NCBI RefSeq assembly: GCF_020745735.1
Contig: NC_083417.1
Coordinates: 75,702,001-75,766,000, forward strand
Direction of reading: 5' to 3'
DNA length: 64,000 nt
Origin: Hemiscyllium ocellatum
Lineage: Eukaryota
Under the pieces are notes generated by a model. The model ran no database searches and was not told the DNA's origin. It saw only the letters and a program-made list of their open reading frames with translations. Positions 52,401-63,242 of the stretch are shown piece by piece. Position numbers and translations under genes: made by a program. Each line of letters begins with the position of its first letter. The first letter of the stretch is position 1.

Positions 52401-55400
52401 CTGAGTACAGAACATTTTGCAGCTGGACATGGGTTCGGCCACTTTTGGAATATTGAGTGCAATTCTGGTCTCCTTCCTATGGGAAAGATGTTGTGAAACT
52501 TGAAAGTGTTCAGAAAAGATTTACAAGGATGTGCCAAGGTTGGGGGATTTGCGCAATAGGGAGAGGTTGATTAGGCTGGGGCTGCTTTCCCTCGAGCGTC
52601 GGAGGCTGAGGGGTGACCTAATAGGGGTTTATAAAATCATGAGGATCATGGATAGGATGAGTAGACAATATATTTTCCCTGGGGTGGTGGAGTCCAGAAC
52701 TGGAGGGCATAGGTTTAGGTGAGAGGGGAAAGATATAAACGAGACCTCGGGGCAACATTTTCAAATGTGGTGGTCCGTGTATGGAATGAGCTGCCAGAGA
52801 AAGTGGTGGAGGGGATTAAATTTGCAACATTTAAAGGACATCATGATGGGTATATGAATAGGAAGTGTTTGGAGGGATGTGGGGCAGGTGCTAGCAGGTG
52901 GGACTAAATTGGGTTAGGATATCTAATCGGCATGGACGGTTTGGAACCGAAGGGTCAGTTTCCATGCTGTACATCTCTATGGCTCTATTTTGGACTAACA
53001 TTTTGCCTTTCAAGGTAATGCGAAAATATCTGCCTCATAATTCCTTTTATTTGTCCTTTTGTTTTTGAATAAACTTTCCAATACATATAATAGTTGTTGA
53101 TTGTTGTCACATCATGCAGATCAATAAGTTTTTAAAAAGTCTGACAACTACAGATGCTGAAAATCGGAAACAAAGCCAGACAAGGACAAGTTGGGCCGAA
53201 CTGTCTGTTTCCGTGCTGTACATCTCTGTGATTCTTTGACTCTATTAAAACCAGAGTTAAAGAAAACGATTGCATGTCTCCCATTCAAACTTTGTTGCAG
53301 TATTGGTGCAAAACATTATAAAAATCAATGTTTAGCATCATGTCAATTCCATGGACACGTACTTGCATCAGTTATCACAGTGAAAGACACCATCAGCATA
53401 CCTGAATTTCAAGAGATTCAAGAGGCAATGGTGAGTGCAGCGGCAGTTACAAGCAAAATTTGCTGGGTAAGCTGAAAGATGTGAAGGTAAATAAATCAAC
53501 CATACCAGACATACAGCTCTGAGATCTGAAGGAGACAGCGAAGGGGATCGTAGGGACATTTGTGGTGATCTGTCAGGAATCATTGGACGCAAGGCAGGTT
53601 GCAGAGGACTGGAAAATAGCTAAAATTACTCACCTGTTTAATGGCAGCATGGTTTCTCAGTGGTTAGCATTGATGCCTCACAGCGCCAGGGGTTCTGGTT
53701 TGATTCCAGCCTCGAGTGACTGTCTGTCTGGAGTTTGCACATTCTCTCATGCCACAAACTCTTAACATTCGCCTGTACCTGTGTTTTTATTTTTCCTGCT
53801 TCTTACCTATTATTTACTATCTATGCTACTAAATATCTGATCTGACTTTACTGCTCGCATGACAAAACTTTTCACTGTGCCTCAGTAGATGTGACAATAA
53901 TTTCAATTCAATTCAAGAGGAGGGAGAGTAGCATTGCTAATTAGAGGGACAAACACAGCTGCAGAAAAGAAGGTTGTTGTGAAGTGTTTGTCTACTGAGT
54001 CAGTATGGGTGGGAATCAGTAACAGAAAAGGAGCAGTCACTTTATTGGGTGTTTCTAAAGACCCGCCAATAGCAGCACAGAGATGGAAGAACACATTGGA
54101 AAGCAACTTTCAGAAAGGTGAAGATGTGTCAGAATTGTTGTTATGCGTGACTTCAACTTCCGAATATTGATGGGAATCTCTTTAGTGCAGATGGTCTGGA
54201 TGGAGCTGATTTTGTCAGGTGTTGTCCAGAAAGGATTCCTGACTCAATACTTAGGTAATATTAGGTTGGTGCTGAAAAAGCACAGCATGTCAGGCAGTGT
54301 CCAAGAAGCAGGAAAATCGATGTTACAGGCAGAACCGATTTTCCTGGTCCTTGGATGCTGCTTGACCTGCTTTGCTTTTCCAGCACAACTCTAACATTGA
54401 CTCTGATCTCCAGCATCTGCAGCCCTCATTTCGCCTACTCGATACGTGGGCAGGCTGACTGGGGGGAAGCCACATTGGATTTGGTGCTAGGCAACGAGCC
54501 AAGGACCAGTGTCAGATCTCTCGGTGGGAGACCGTTTCGGTGACAGTGATCACAACTGCCTCACCTTCACCACAGTCATGGACAGGGAAACGAACAGACA
54601 GTATGGAAAGGTATTTAATTGGGGGAGAGGAAGATTATAGAACTATTCGACAGGAGCTGTGGAGGATAAATAGGGAACAATTGTTCTACGGAAAATGCAC
54701 AACGGAAATGTGGAGGCTGTTTAAGGACCATTTGTTGCGAGTGTTAGATAACTTTGCTTCACTGCGACAGGCAAGGAATGGTAAAGTGAAGGAGCATTGG
54801 GTGACAAGAGAAGAGGAGCTTCTTATCAAGAGGAAGAACGAAACGTACTTATGGTTGAGGAGGCAAGGATCTGTCACAGCTTTAGAGGATCACAAGGTAA
54901 TTTGAAAATAACTCAGAAATGGACTGAGGAGAGCTAGGAGAGTTCACGAAAAAGCATTAGGGGAATAGTTAATGAAAATCTAAATGCATTCTACACTTAA
55001 AGTGAGGAATAAGAGAATGATCAGAGAGAGGTTAGGGACAGGTCATGCCTCACAAGCTTTTTTTGAGTTCTTTGAAGATGTGACGAGACAGGTTGCTGAA
55101 TAGCGAGCAGTTATGTGTTGAATATGGATTTCAGTAAGACATTTGATGAGGTTCCCCATGGTAGGCTCATTCAGAATATTAGGAGGTATGTGATACAGGG
55201 AAATGGGGTTGTCTGGGTACAGAATTAGTTGGCCGAAAGAAGAAGCAAATGATAGTGGATGGAAAGTATTCCACCTGGAGGTTGGTGACCAGCGGTGTCC
55301 TGCAGAGATCTGTTCTTGGGCATCTGCTCTTTGTAGTTTTTATATCGGACTTGGATATAAATGGAAGGGTGGGTTAGTAGGTTTGCCAATGACACAAAAG

Positions 55401-58400
55401 TCGGTTGTGTTGTACATAGTGTTGAGGGCTTTTGCAGGCGACAACAAGACATTGACAGGATGCAAACCTGGGCCGAGAAGTAGCAGATGTGTTTCAACCT
55501 GGATAAATGTGAAGTGATTCATTTTGGAAGGTCGAATTTGAATGCTGAATATAGGGTTAAAGACAGGATAGTTGGCAGAGTGGAGGAAATACATGGTTCT
55601 AGCAAGAAAAACGTACAACTTTGGGACTTGCTTCCCTGGAGATTAGGAGGTTGAGAGGTAACTCGATAGAAGTTTATAAAATAATGAGGGGTACAGATAC
55701 AGTGAAGGGTCGTTGCCTTTTCCCTAGGATGGGTGATTGCAAGACTATGGGCACATATTTAAGGTGAGAGGAGAGACATTTTAAAAAGGCATGAGGGGCA
55801 ATGTTTTTACACAGAAGTTGGTTCGCATGTTGAATGAACTTCCTGAAGAAGTGATGGATATGGGGACAATTACATTGTTGAAAACACATTTGGGTAAGTA
55901 TATAAATGGGAAAAGTTTGTCGGGATTACAGAGCAGGAGCAGGCGGGTGGAACTAGTTTCGTTTGGGATGAGGTTTGTCATGGACTTGTTTAACATAAGG
56001 GTCTGTTTCCGCGTGGTATGATTCTAAGTATCACAGATTTGATGTGATTTATTAATAATATGGTTCCAGTAGAAGTCTTACCCGTGTTGCCATTCATTAC
56101 GATGTGACTGACCGTGGCTGAAATTTGGAGGGTGCTGTGGGATACCATGCAAGTATAAACAGTTCCGGCTCGGATTGCCTGTGTTTCTTCCAACCAGCTC
56201 GATGCTTCGTATCGACTGTCGTCTGTTGCTTGAATGACTGTACTGATTCTTGTTGTAGTTTTATTGCCATCTTTGTACCAACTAAAACTGATATCCCTCG
56301 GGTAAAAGGGAGATGTGGAGCATAAAACAGCAAGAGTCACGGATGGATCTTTTTCAGGCTGCTGTGAGAGAATATTCAGTGGAGTCGGTGGAACTAGGGA
56401 AGTGAAAAGGAAGATAAAATAAAGTTATCTTGAGGTCAGAAGAGGATTACAGCCCAATCTTTTGTTTTGGTCCACTGCTGGACAGTTACTGTCCAGTTGT
56501 CGGGAGATGTGCTCATGGTGGTGAGGGTTGGACAATTCTCGCTGTTGGTGCCGAGATGCGAACATCGTACAGTATCAGAGGGAATATTAACTCATCCCCG
56601 GACAAAGTGCGGGCAAGAAAATGTGGACCGATGTTGTTACAGATCTCAGTTTTTCTGTTGGAAATAACTGTTGATAAGCTCCGGAATTGGATCCATGATT
56701 TGCTATTGCCGGTGGTGCAATAAGACAGCGGTGGAAATGACATAATAACAGATGGAAAAAAATAACTGATCCAAAACTGACACAGAAGTCAACGTAGTCA
56801 CTTACTTATTGCAAAGCAAAAACATGTGGAGTGTCCCGGACGGTGGCTTCAGCAGTTTTTAGATTTTAGCAATATCTGCTGTCTAAATTTTAATATTTAC
56901 CTATTAAAATCACACCAGCAAAAAATGAACCCGGTGCTAGAAAAGCAGAGCAAGTCAGGCAATATCCGAGGAGCACGAAAATCGACGTTTCTGGCAAAAG
57001 CCCTTCATCATGAATGCTGCCTGAGCTGCTGTGCTTTTCCAGTCTCCTGTCCCTCGGATGCTTCCTGACCTGCTGTTCTTGTCCAGCCTCCTGCTCCTCG
57101 CATACTGTCTGAGCTGCTGTGCTTTTCCAGTCTCCTGCCTTTCGGATACTGTCTGACCTGCTGTGCTTTTCCAATCTCCTGCTCCTCGGATAATGCCTGA
57201 CCTGCTGTGCTTTTCCAGTCTCCTGCCCTTCGGATACTGTCTGACCTGCTGTGCTTTTCCAGTCTCCTGCTCCTGGGATAATGCATGACCCGCCGTGCTT
57301 TTCCAGTCTCCTGCCCTTCGGATACTGTCTGACCTGCTGTGCTTTTCCAATCTCCTGCTCCTCGGATGTTGCCTGATCTGCTGTGTTCTTCCAGTTTCCT
57401 GCCCCTCGGATGCTGCCTGACCTGTTGTGCTTTTCCAGTCTCCTGCCCCTCGGATTCTGCCTGACCTGCTTTGCTTTTCCAGCAACACACTCTGGGTTCC
57501 AGCCTCCAGCATCTCCAATCCTCACTTTCGTTTAAAAATAAGCCCGTCAAGAAAAGCCATCAATGAAAATAAACAAAAATTGCTGGAGAAACTCAATAGG
57601 TCTGGGAGCATCTGTGAAAAAGCCGGGGTTAAATTTTGGGCACCAGGTAACCTTTTTCGCAACTGTCAATTTTGAGTGAAGAAGATGTTAAAAATAAATA
57701 ATCAAATATGAACAAATCTGTGTCGCTCACGACAGTCTATTGCCCTTAACCAATATCGTGGAAACGTAGGAGAAAATTACTTCAGATATTGGAATCTGTC
57801 TTGAGAGCAACAAATACTGGCGATCACAGCCAGTTAGGCAGCATCCATGGAGAGAGAGCACGTTAACGTTTGGATGACCTTTGATCAGGGCATGTATCTT
57901 TTCATCATATTGCAATAGTACTTGAGATTCCTGTCTATGGCCCACGGCTGTATAATTCAGGTGCAACTGCTAATACATTATTCTAAACTATTGAAATATT
58001 GAACATGAATTACAGCAGTCAGCGATGCAACTTAAATGTGGGCATGTATCACAAACTGCGGAGATGTTTCCAAGGAGCGCACACACACCGCCTGCCATTT
58101 GGGCCTGCTTGGACACTATGTCACTCAAAACATACAGCAACGTTGCTGACTCTCAACAACTCTCCTTATTGACCAAGGATTTACTCAGTTCAAGGATAAT
58201 TTGGGTTGGACAAAAATGTTAACTGGCCATTGAAGACATAAAACATCAAATACATTTTTAATAAATCCTGTAATGTGAACTTTCCCAAGCCAACCCGAGA
58301 ATTACTTCAAATATGTAATATTACTTGTCTATATCGCTTACATCTTGCTTTCATACATACCCCACACAGTTAAATTGGACCCTGTTCCGTTTCCAATCAA

Positions 58401-58902
58401 TTTGCCTTGATGGACGATTGTGCAATTGTACATTCCTCTGTCCTGTACATTGACATTGATTATCTGAAGGAAGCCACCGAATTTAGTCTGGAGGCCAATT
58501 ATTTTTCGGTCATCTTGTTCCGCGTTGAGATAATGAGGATCACCTTGCTTCCACCAGGTTACCTTGACAGCTTGGCCATCTTGAAATAAAGGAATTGAGC
58601 AATAGAAGCTCACATTTGCACCCACTGTTCCAGTCACGTTCGCTGGTAACTGGTTCACTGTAACCGAGATTACCCCAGAACCTACAGAAAAAGACATTAA
58701 CAAACAAACTATAGCAAGATTAAATAAAGAGTGGTATTCAGTAATTGACTTAACCTGTCCAAACGAAAATTGTACACGGTATATGAAATAAAATTAAATA
58801 ACAGGTCGACTTTACGGAAAGGCAATGCACCTTAGAAAGAGAAAGAATACCTGGGAAAATTGCTGTCTGAATAAAACAGAAAAGTGCAATACTCAGGAAC
58901 AT
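43302..58902 (-). CDS. Non-rearranging VJ-C1 Ig-superfamily type-I membrane receptor with dual-ITIM tail (SIRP/NKp30-like architecture), about 326 aa, spliced model
   Basis: Exons 58902-58851 (leader), 58681-58361 (V), 56393-56082 (C1), 48310-48200 (TM), candidate 47610/47614-47573, and 43448-43302 (ITIMs). All boundaries are canonical GT-AG, L/V/C1/TM are phase-1 compatible, and no exon has an internal stop. Confidence 0.85.
44340..44646 (-). mobile_element. Young full-length HE1-type V-SINE in the last intron
   Basis: A-box TGGCACAGTGG, B-box GGTTCAATTCC, V-SINE core and CR1-like tail gggccgaagggcctgtttccacactgtaggg. Confidence 0.93.
46500..46900 (-). mobile_element. CR1 3' fragment
   Basis: [23 protein letters not shown] motif plus tail. 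Confidence 0.88.
47573..47614 (-). CDS. Candidate first cytoplasmic exon with tandem acceptors 4 nt apart
   Basis: Strong donor AAAT|gtaagt. Acceptors ccacacag|ACAG|CCAC give a 42-nt exon (phase 1 to 1, [14 protein letters not shown]) or a 38-nt exon (phase 1 to 0, [13 protein letters not shown]). Confidence 0.45.
48200..48310 (-). CDS. Stalk/transmembrane exon: (D)[36 protein letters not shown]
   Basis: Acceptor ggttgttttag|AT and donor ATGG|gtagga, 111 nt, phase 1-1. An uncharged 22-aa hydrophobic stretch is followed by a KR stop-transfer signal. Confidence 0.85.
50905..51350 (+). mobile_element. Intronic CR1 3' fragment
   Basis: [16 protein letters not shown] motif. Confidence 0.88.
52300..52985 (+). 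mobile_element. Intronic CR1 3' fragment
   Basis: [20 protein letters not shown] motif plus tail. Confidence 0.9.
53380..56025 (+). mobile_element. Intronic CR1 patchwork (endonuclease, RT, 3' end) with an inserted SINE head (about 53640-53750) and a PLE mini-element
   Basis: GFLTQY...[11 protein letters not shown] endonuclease motifs, RT remnants, and the [16 protein letters not shown] 3' motif. Confidence 0.8.
54251..54436. mobile_element. Foldback PLE mini-element with both hammerhead cores deleted, inside a CR1
   Basis: TSD actcaatac (54242-50) / actcgatac (54437-45) interrupts the CR1 GFLTQY|VDRPT sequence. Confidence 0.75.
56082..56393 (-). CDS. C1-set Ig domain exon
   Basis: Acceptor cttttcacttccctag|TT and donor ACGG|gtaaga, 312 nt. 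Reads PPTPLNIL...[23 protein letters not shown]...[10 protein letters not shown], with the C1 hallmarks FYP, W and YxCxVxH. Confidence 0.93.
56925..57530. repeat. PLE mini-element whose right arm expanded into a 44-bp minisatellite (about 10.5 units, about 57010-57482)
   Basis: Unit tctcctgctcctcggatgctgcctgacctgctgtgcttttccag, with gcttttcc at 57121, 57165 and 57209. Flanked by a normal left arm and the normal pseudo-LTR end. Confidence 0.9.
58361..58681 (-). CDS. Germline-joined VJ-type (V-set) Ig domain exon
   Basis: Acceptor tctttttctgtag|GT and donor TGGG|gtatgt, 321 nt. Contains B-strand Cys (FYC), C-strand WW, DRGMYNC, and a J-like GTGSNLTV in the same exon. Confidence 0.93.
58851..58902 (-). 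CDS. Signal-peptide exon [17 protein letters not shown](G)
   Basis: ATG at 58902, hydrophobic core, phase-1 donor CCAG|gtattc, and a 169-bp intron to the V exon, as typical for Ig-type leaders. Confidence 0.85.
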
Positions 58903-59724
58903 GTTGATCTATTTGCTGGAGAGACAGAGCGTGAACTGGCTGATAGTTTGCAAGAACGTGAAAGTACCGTTCGATAGACAGTGTCATAGTGCAGCGTAAC
59001 ATCCGGTTCATTGATCAGGAACGGGACTCTTTCTTGTCCATTTTGCTAAAGTTCAGTGCAACAGTTGGCCATTCACCGTGTCTGGCTCGAGCTGATCATT
59101 CAAGCCAGTCTTTTCCTCGGTTGTGGATGTGTGGACTGTATGAGCAGAACAAACATCAGTGTGTTCTTTCAAATAATCACAGTTAATATTCCTAACTGAG
59201 CCAATCAACGATGGATTTTAAGACCGTAAGTAAAATTCCAACCGCCCCTCACCCCTACCCCATGATTAACAGACATCTATGTCGGTTGCATTTTTAAAAA
59301 GAACAAATATTCTGCTACCCCGCCTTTTGAGGACGTGTGATGTGATGAAATGATATTGATTTTTCTGTGTGAGAATAAGACGTTTTCCTCAACGATGTGT
59401 TACACTAAGGACTGTGCGCATTTATACCACTGCCATTAATTTTCTAACCACGCTTGGTTGTAAATATTCTGGTAACATGCACCTTGCCAAGACCCACATA
59501 GGATTCTACATGTTTCGGTCAATTTGACTTATCCTTCCGAAGCTTAACTTTATTGTCTCCAAACAATCCTTATAAATCAATGTGTCTCTTCGAAATATTA
59601 TTCTGGTAACCCATTTTGGCCTGCTCTCAAAGCCTTTACATTTTTCCTTAAATAACATGATGCCAGATATTACCTCATTAATATGATGTGTACTAAATAT
59701 AACTTTCTTACTTTTGTTTTTGTT

Positions 59725-59960
59725 TTTCATTACTGATCTGGAATATCTCCGATCCGGAAATCATTGATGAACTGGGAGATCCACTCCATACTGAAATCCA
59801 GGTCCGAGCCGTACAGATTGAGCAGCTAGGGTCTATCGGGAAAATCCAGCTAGGACCTTCAGAAGACCATCAGAGAAGTCAAGAGGCAATATAAAATAAG
59901 CCTGACACCCAGACCAACGACACGGACACCTACCATTTGTGGCAAGGTTTACACCAGCTT
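59725..59960 (+). mobile_element. Old non-LTR (Rex1/Babar-like) fragment
   Basis: Resembles the ...YDLRKAIREAKRQY...LWQGL segment of Rex1-type ORFs. Family assignment is from memory only. Confidence 0.4.
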
Positions 59961-61297
59961 ACAAAGGAAATTCAATACAGTTATTGAGAATTCAGCGCTC
60001 ATTAGCACCGCCCCATCAGATAACCTGTACCGAAATAAAGGAGGGAGTTAACTGGACAAAAAGAAATTAACATCAAAGTATATTTTGCTCCATCTATATT
60101 CTACTGGTTCAGTTGTTCTTCGTACAAACTCTTGCCTTCCTTGTGTTTGTGTCGAACTTGCAATGGCAAAAAATACTAGAATATACAGTTTTGATTTCAT
60201 GAATGATTATACATCTCTAAAATGAACAACTAAGATTTTATGACAGTAAGTACACAGCGATGTGTGGCACTCTCAATATGGCCGCCTGTACACCATCATT
60301 TCATGTAATAAAACAATTTCTATCCAAGAGGAACTCCAAGATGCTCTATCAAGGACAAATTTACAATATTAATTTTGAGTCAAACAGTGTGGCAGGGGCA
60401 TCAGGACGGGTTGTGCCTTATGCTTTTATGTTTGCACCTCATATCTGAACATGCATCTCGCAAGTGCCGTTACACTTAAATAAAAATAACTGCACAGGTT
60501 GTTCGCTGAATTCCTGCCGTGACATACTGGAGGTGCGAAGTCGAAATCGTTTTGATGTTACATTAGAAAAAGAAAATGGAACAACTCTGACTTGAATCGT
60601 AAACGAGCCATTATGTAATTAAGGCAATGATGCACTCAATGTTAAACCACAAAATGTTCCACCACTTTATCTCAGCTAGCCATCTTGAGTTATGTTAACA
60701 GCCAACCGCGCTGTTCAATCTCAAACGTTTGATCAATGGAATAGATTGATAGCATCTTAAAGTTTTTGTGCAAATTTTTAAATTGCTTCACCTAATATTG
60801 CCTTCGGAATGGCAAACAACAAAACCAAAGTAAGCTATTGGAATAACACTTAATTTAGAAAGAAAGATGTAAGAATATTTTAAGAGTGGCATGCATTTTC
60901 GAATTACGAAATGCTATTTATTTAAACTTCTTGCAATTAAATTTAACAAATGGATATCATCAGATGCAGTTTAATAACTGACGTTAATATATCCAAGACC
61001 TTGAAATTTAAAATAATCTTTATTTCCATTTGGGGATAACAAAGCAGAGCAAACAATGATTCATTTTATAAACCACAATCTATAGAAGTCTGGCTGAACT
61101 GTCTAAGCTTCTCTGAGGCAGGAATTTAGATCAGACATGTCCGTTACAGGCAAACTTTTGAAATTGCATGTTCTGTCACCCGAGAATTGACATTGACAAT
61201 CGAGACTTGTTGCATTTTTGCGGCCATCATTATCCATAAGAGATTAAGTATTCAAAGTTTGGGAACAGATTTGTAGCTCGTGTGCTCGTTGTTGTGG

Positions 61298-61521
61298 TTC
61301 TGTTTGCCGAGCTGGGAGTTTGTGCTGCAAACGTTTCGTCCCCTTTCTAGGTGACATTCTTAGTGCTTGAGAGCCGCCTGTGAAGCGCTTCTGTGATGTT
61401 TCCTCCGGCATTTATGGAAACATCACAGAAGCGTTTCACAGGAGGCTCCCAAGCACTGAGGATATCACCTAGAAAGGGGATGGAATGTTTCCAACACAAA
61501 ATCCCAGCTCGGCGAACAGAA
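61298..61521. repeat. Foldback element of another hammerhead-bearing PLE family: about 106-bp inverted arms around a 12-nt loop
   Basis: ...ctgtgatgtttcc|tccggcatttat|ggaaacatcacag.... The arms combine to give CUGAGGA-U-GUCACC(UAGAAA)GGGGAC-GAAAC-GUU. Confidence 0.75.
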
Positions 61522-62369
61522 TGGCATGTTTTCACACAGTAGGCACTCAGTCTTTAATTGGCACTACCGGATAATTTGCTGAAAATGACGCTTGTTTCCT
61601 CATGCCAGCACTACAGAGTTAATTAAAATGGTCACTTGTATTTGCCAGGGCCTAATCTGACCAGGCGTGCTTCCTCACTCAATACCTGTGTGGGTACTCC
61701 CTACGTTAAAAATGCAACAGTTCCCATGTCATCAACAACTAAATGCGATTAATAAAAACAGGAAAATCAGTAAATAACATTTCGAACACTGATTTTCGGA
61801 ATATACTGAAGTCCATACATTTCAAGGCCTGAACAAGGAATTCCACAGAGAGGGAATAACATTTTCGCAGACAGTTCTCAAACCTAGTAGACTTTATTGT
61901 AAGTTATTTTATATTTTGTTATGTACACCATCGAGTTTTTGTTTTAAAATGAATATCCCCCAAAAACAGATCTTGACGGGAAGGCGGACTGATATTAGTC
62001 GACTTCTGCCTCGCGCTAATGGTTATACTGAACTAGTTTAGCTCAGAACAAAGTGAATTACTCCCGTGCATTGCTACAGTGAAATAATGCAGGATATGAA
62101 GATCGATGAACACACATGCAGGACGACTGGCATTTTTTCTAATGAATTATGCGACCGCTAACAATTTTCCCACAACTATTCCTCAAAAGGGGGTTGTTCA
62201 ATTTACAAAATGCAATGTAATTCTTTGCAAGAGATGATTTTTAAAAAATCACTAGCTCCAGAATGTTGGCACATCATCATGACTTCATAACCATTAGCAG
62301 TTCATTAAGAAAAACGTGTTCACATTAGAGATAAGTCGATTTGAAATTCGAGAAAAAAGGCGATATTGA

Positions 62370-63080
62370 CCCGTAGCTGAAAATATGTTGCTGGAAAAGC
62401 ACATCAGGTCAGGCAGCACCAAAGAAGCAGGAGGAATCCTGAAAAGGGGCTCATGCCCGAAACGTCGATTCTCCTGCACCTTGGATGCTTCCTGACCTGC
62501 TGCGCTTTTCTAGCAGCACATTTTCAGCTCTGATCTCCAGAATCTACAGTCCTCACTTTCTCCGCAAAGATTTTAACCTACTGCGAATCCTCTTGCAAGG
62601 ATGCCTTCCTTGAAGAAGCTCTCTTCCTCCCTCTACAAGGATTTCAGTGAGTCCCTCTCTCACTGCACACCCCAGGTCATCTCCTCTACTATTCCTGAAG
62701 AAGGGTTCATGCCCAAAACGTCGATTCTCTTGCTCCTTGGATGCTGCCTGAACTGCTGCGCTTTTCCACCATCACATTTTCAGCTCTGATCTCCAGCATC
62801 TGCAGTTCTCACTTTCTCCTCGAAGATTTTAAGCTACTGTGAACCCTCTTGCAAGGATGTCTTCCTTGAAGAAGCTCTCTTCCGCCCTCTACAAGGATTT
62901 CAGTGAGTCCCTCTCTCACTGCACACCCCAGGTCATCTCCTCGACCATTCCTGAAGAAAGGCTCAAGCCCGAAACATCGCTTCTCCTGATACTTGGATGT
63001 TGTCTGACATGCTGCGCTTTTGCAGCAACACATTTTCAGCTCTGATCTCCAGCATCTGCAGTCCTCACTTTATCCTCGAA
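62370..63080 (+). mobile_element. Tandem PLE pseudo-LTR array with three hammerhead motifs at an exact 256-nt period (retrozyme-like)
   Basis: C3 of CUGA at 62439, 62695 and 62951. Each unit is a pseudo-LTR plus the start of the PLE ORF (MPSLKKLSSSLYKDFSESLSHCTPQVISS). Confidence 0.85.
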
Positions 63081-63242
63081 TATATTGACACGTTATATTC
63101 AGAGACACTGGGACATCACTGAAGACGCAAGGTTCTTCAGACCTGGACGCATCACACTCAAGAAAGAAATTGTAATGGTTAAGAACAAAACTTTGATTAA
63201 TTTAGGTAAGGAAAAATGAACTAAAATGTAACTCTCCCATTA

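Noticed and set aside
55990-56081. Secreted isoform by read-through of the C1 donor
   Set aside because: The frame does run on to a stop at 55990, but I saw no nearby poly(A) signal and the read-through enters a CR1 tail. Not supportable from sequence alone.
57010-57482. CRISPR-like array
   Set aside because: Units are directly adjacent with no unique spacers, there are no cas genes, and the DNA is eukaryotic.
56890-57550. Three long repetitive ORFs (180-211 aa) that look like a novel repeat protein
   Set aside because: They are translations of the 44-bp intronic minisatellite, open in all three minus frames, with no splice or start context.
58300-58910. Rearranging Ig/TCR V segment or germline-joined IgL
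   Set aside because: I saw no heptamer-spacer-nonamer RSS next to the V exon. The J-like strand lacks FGxG, and the gene continues to TM and ITIM exons, unlike IgL.
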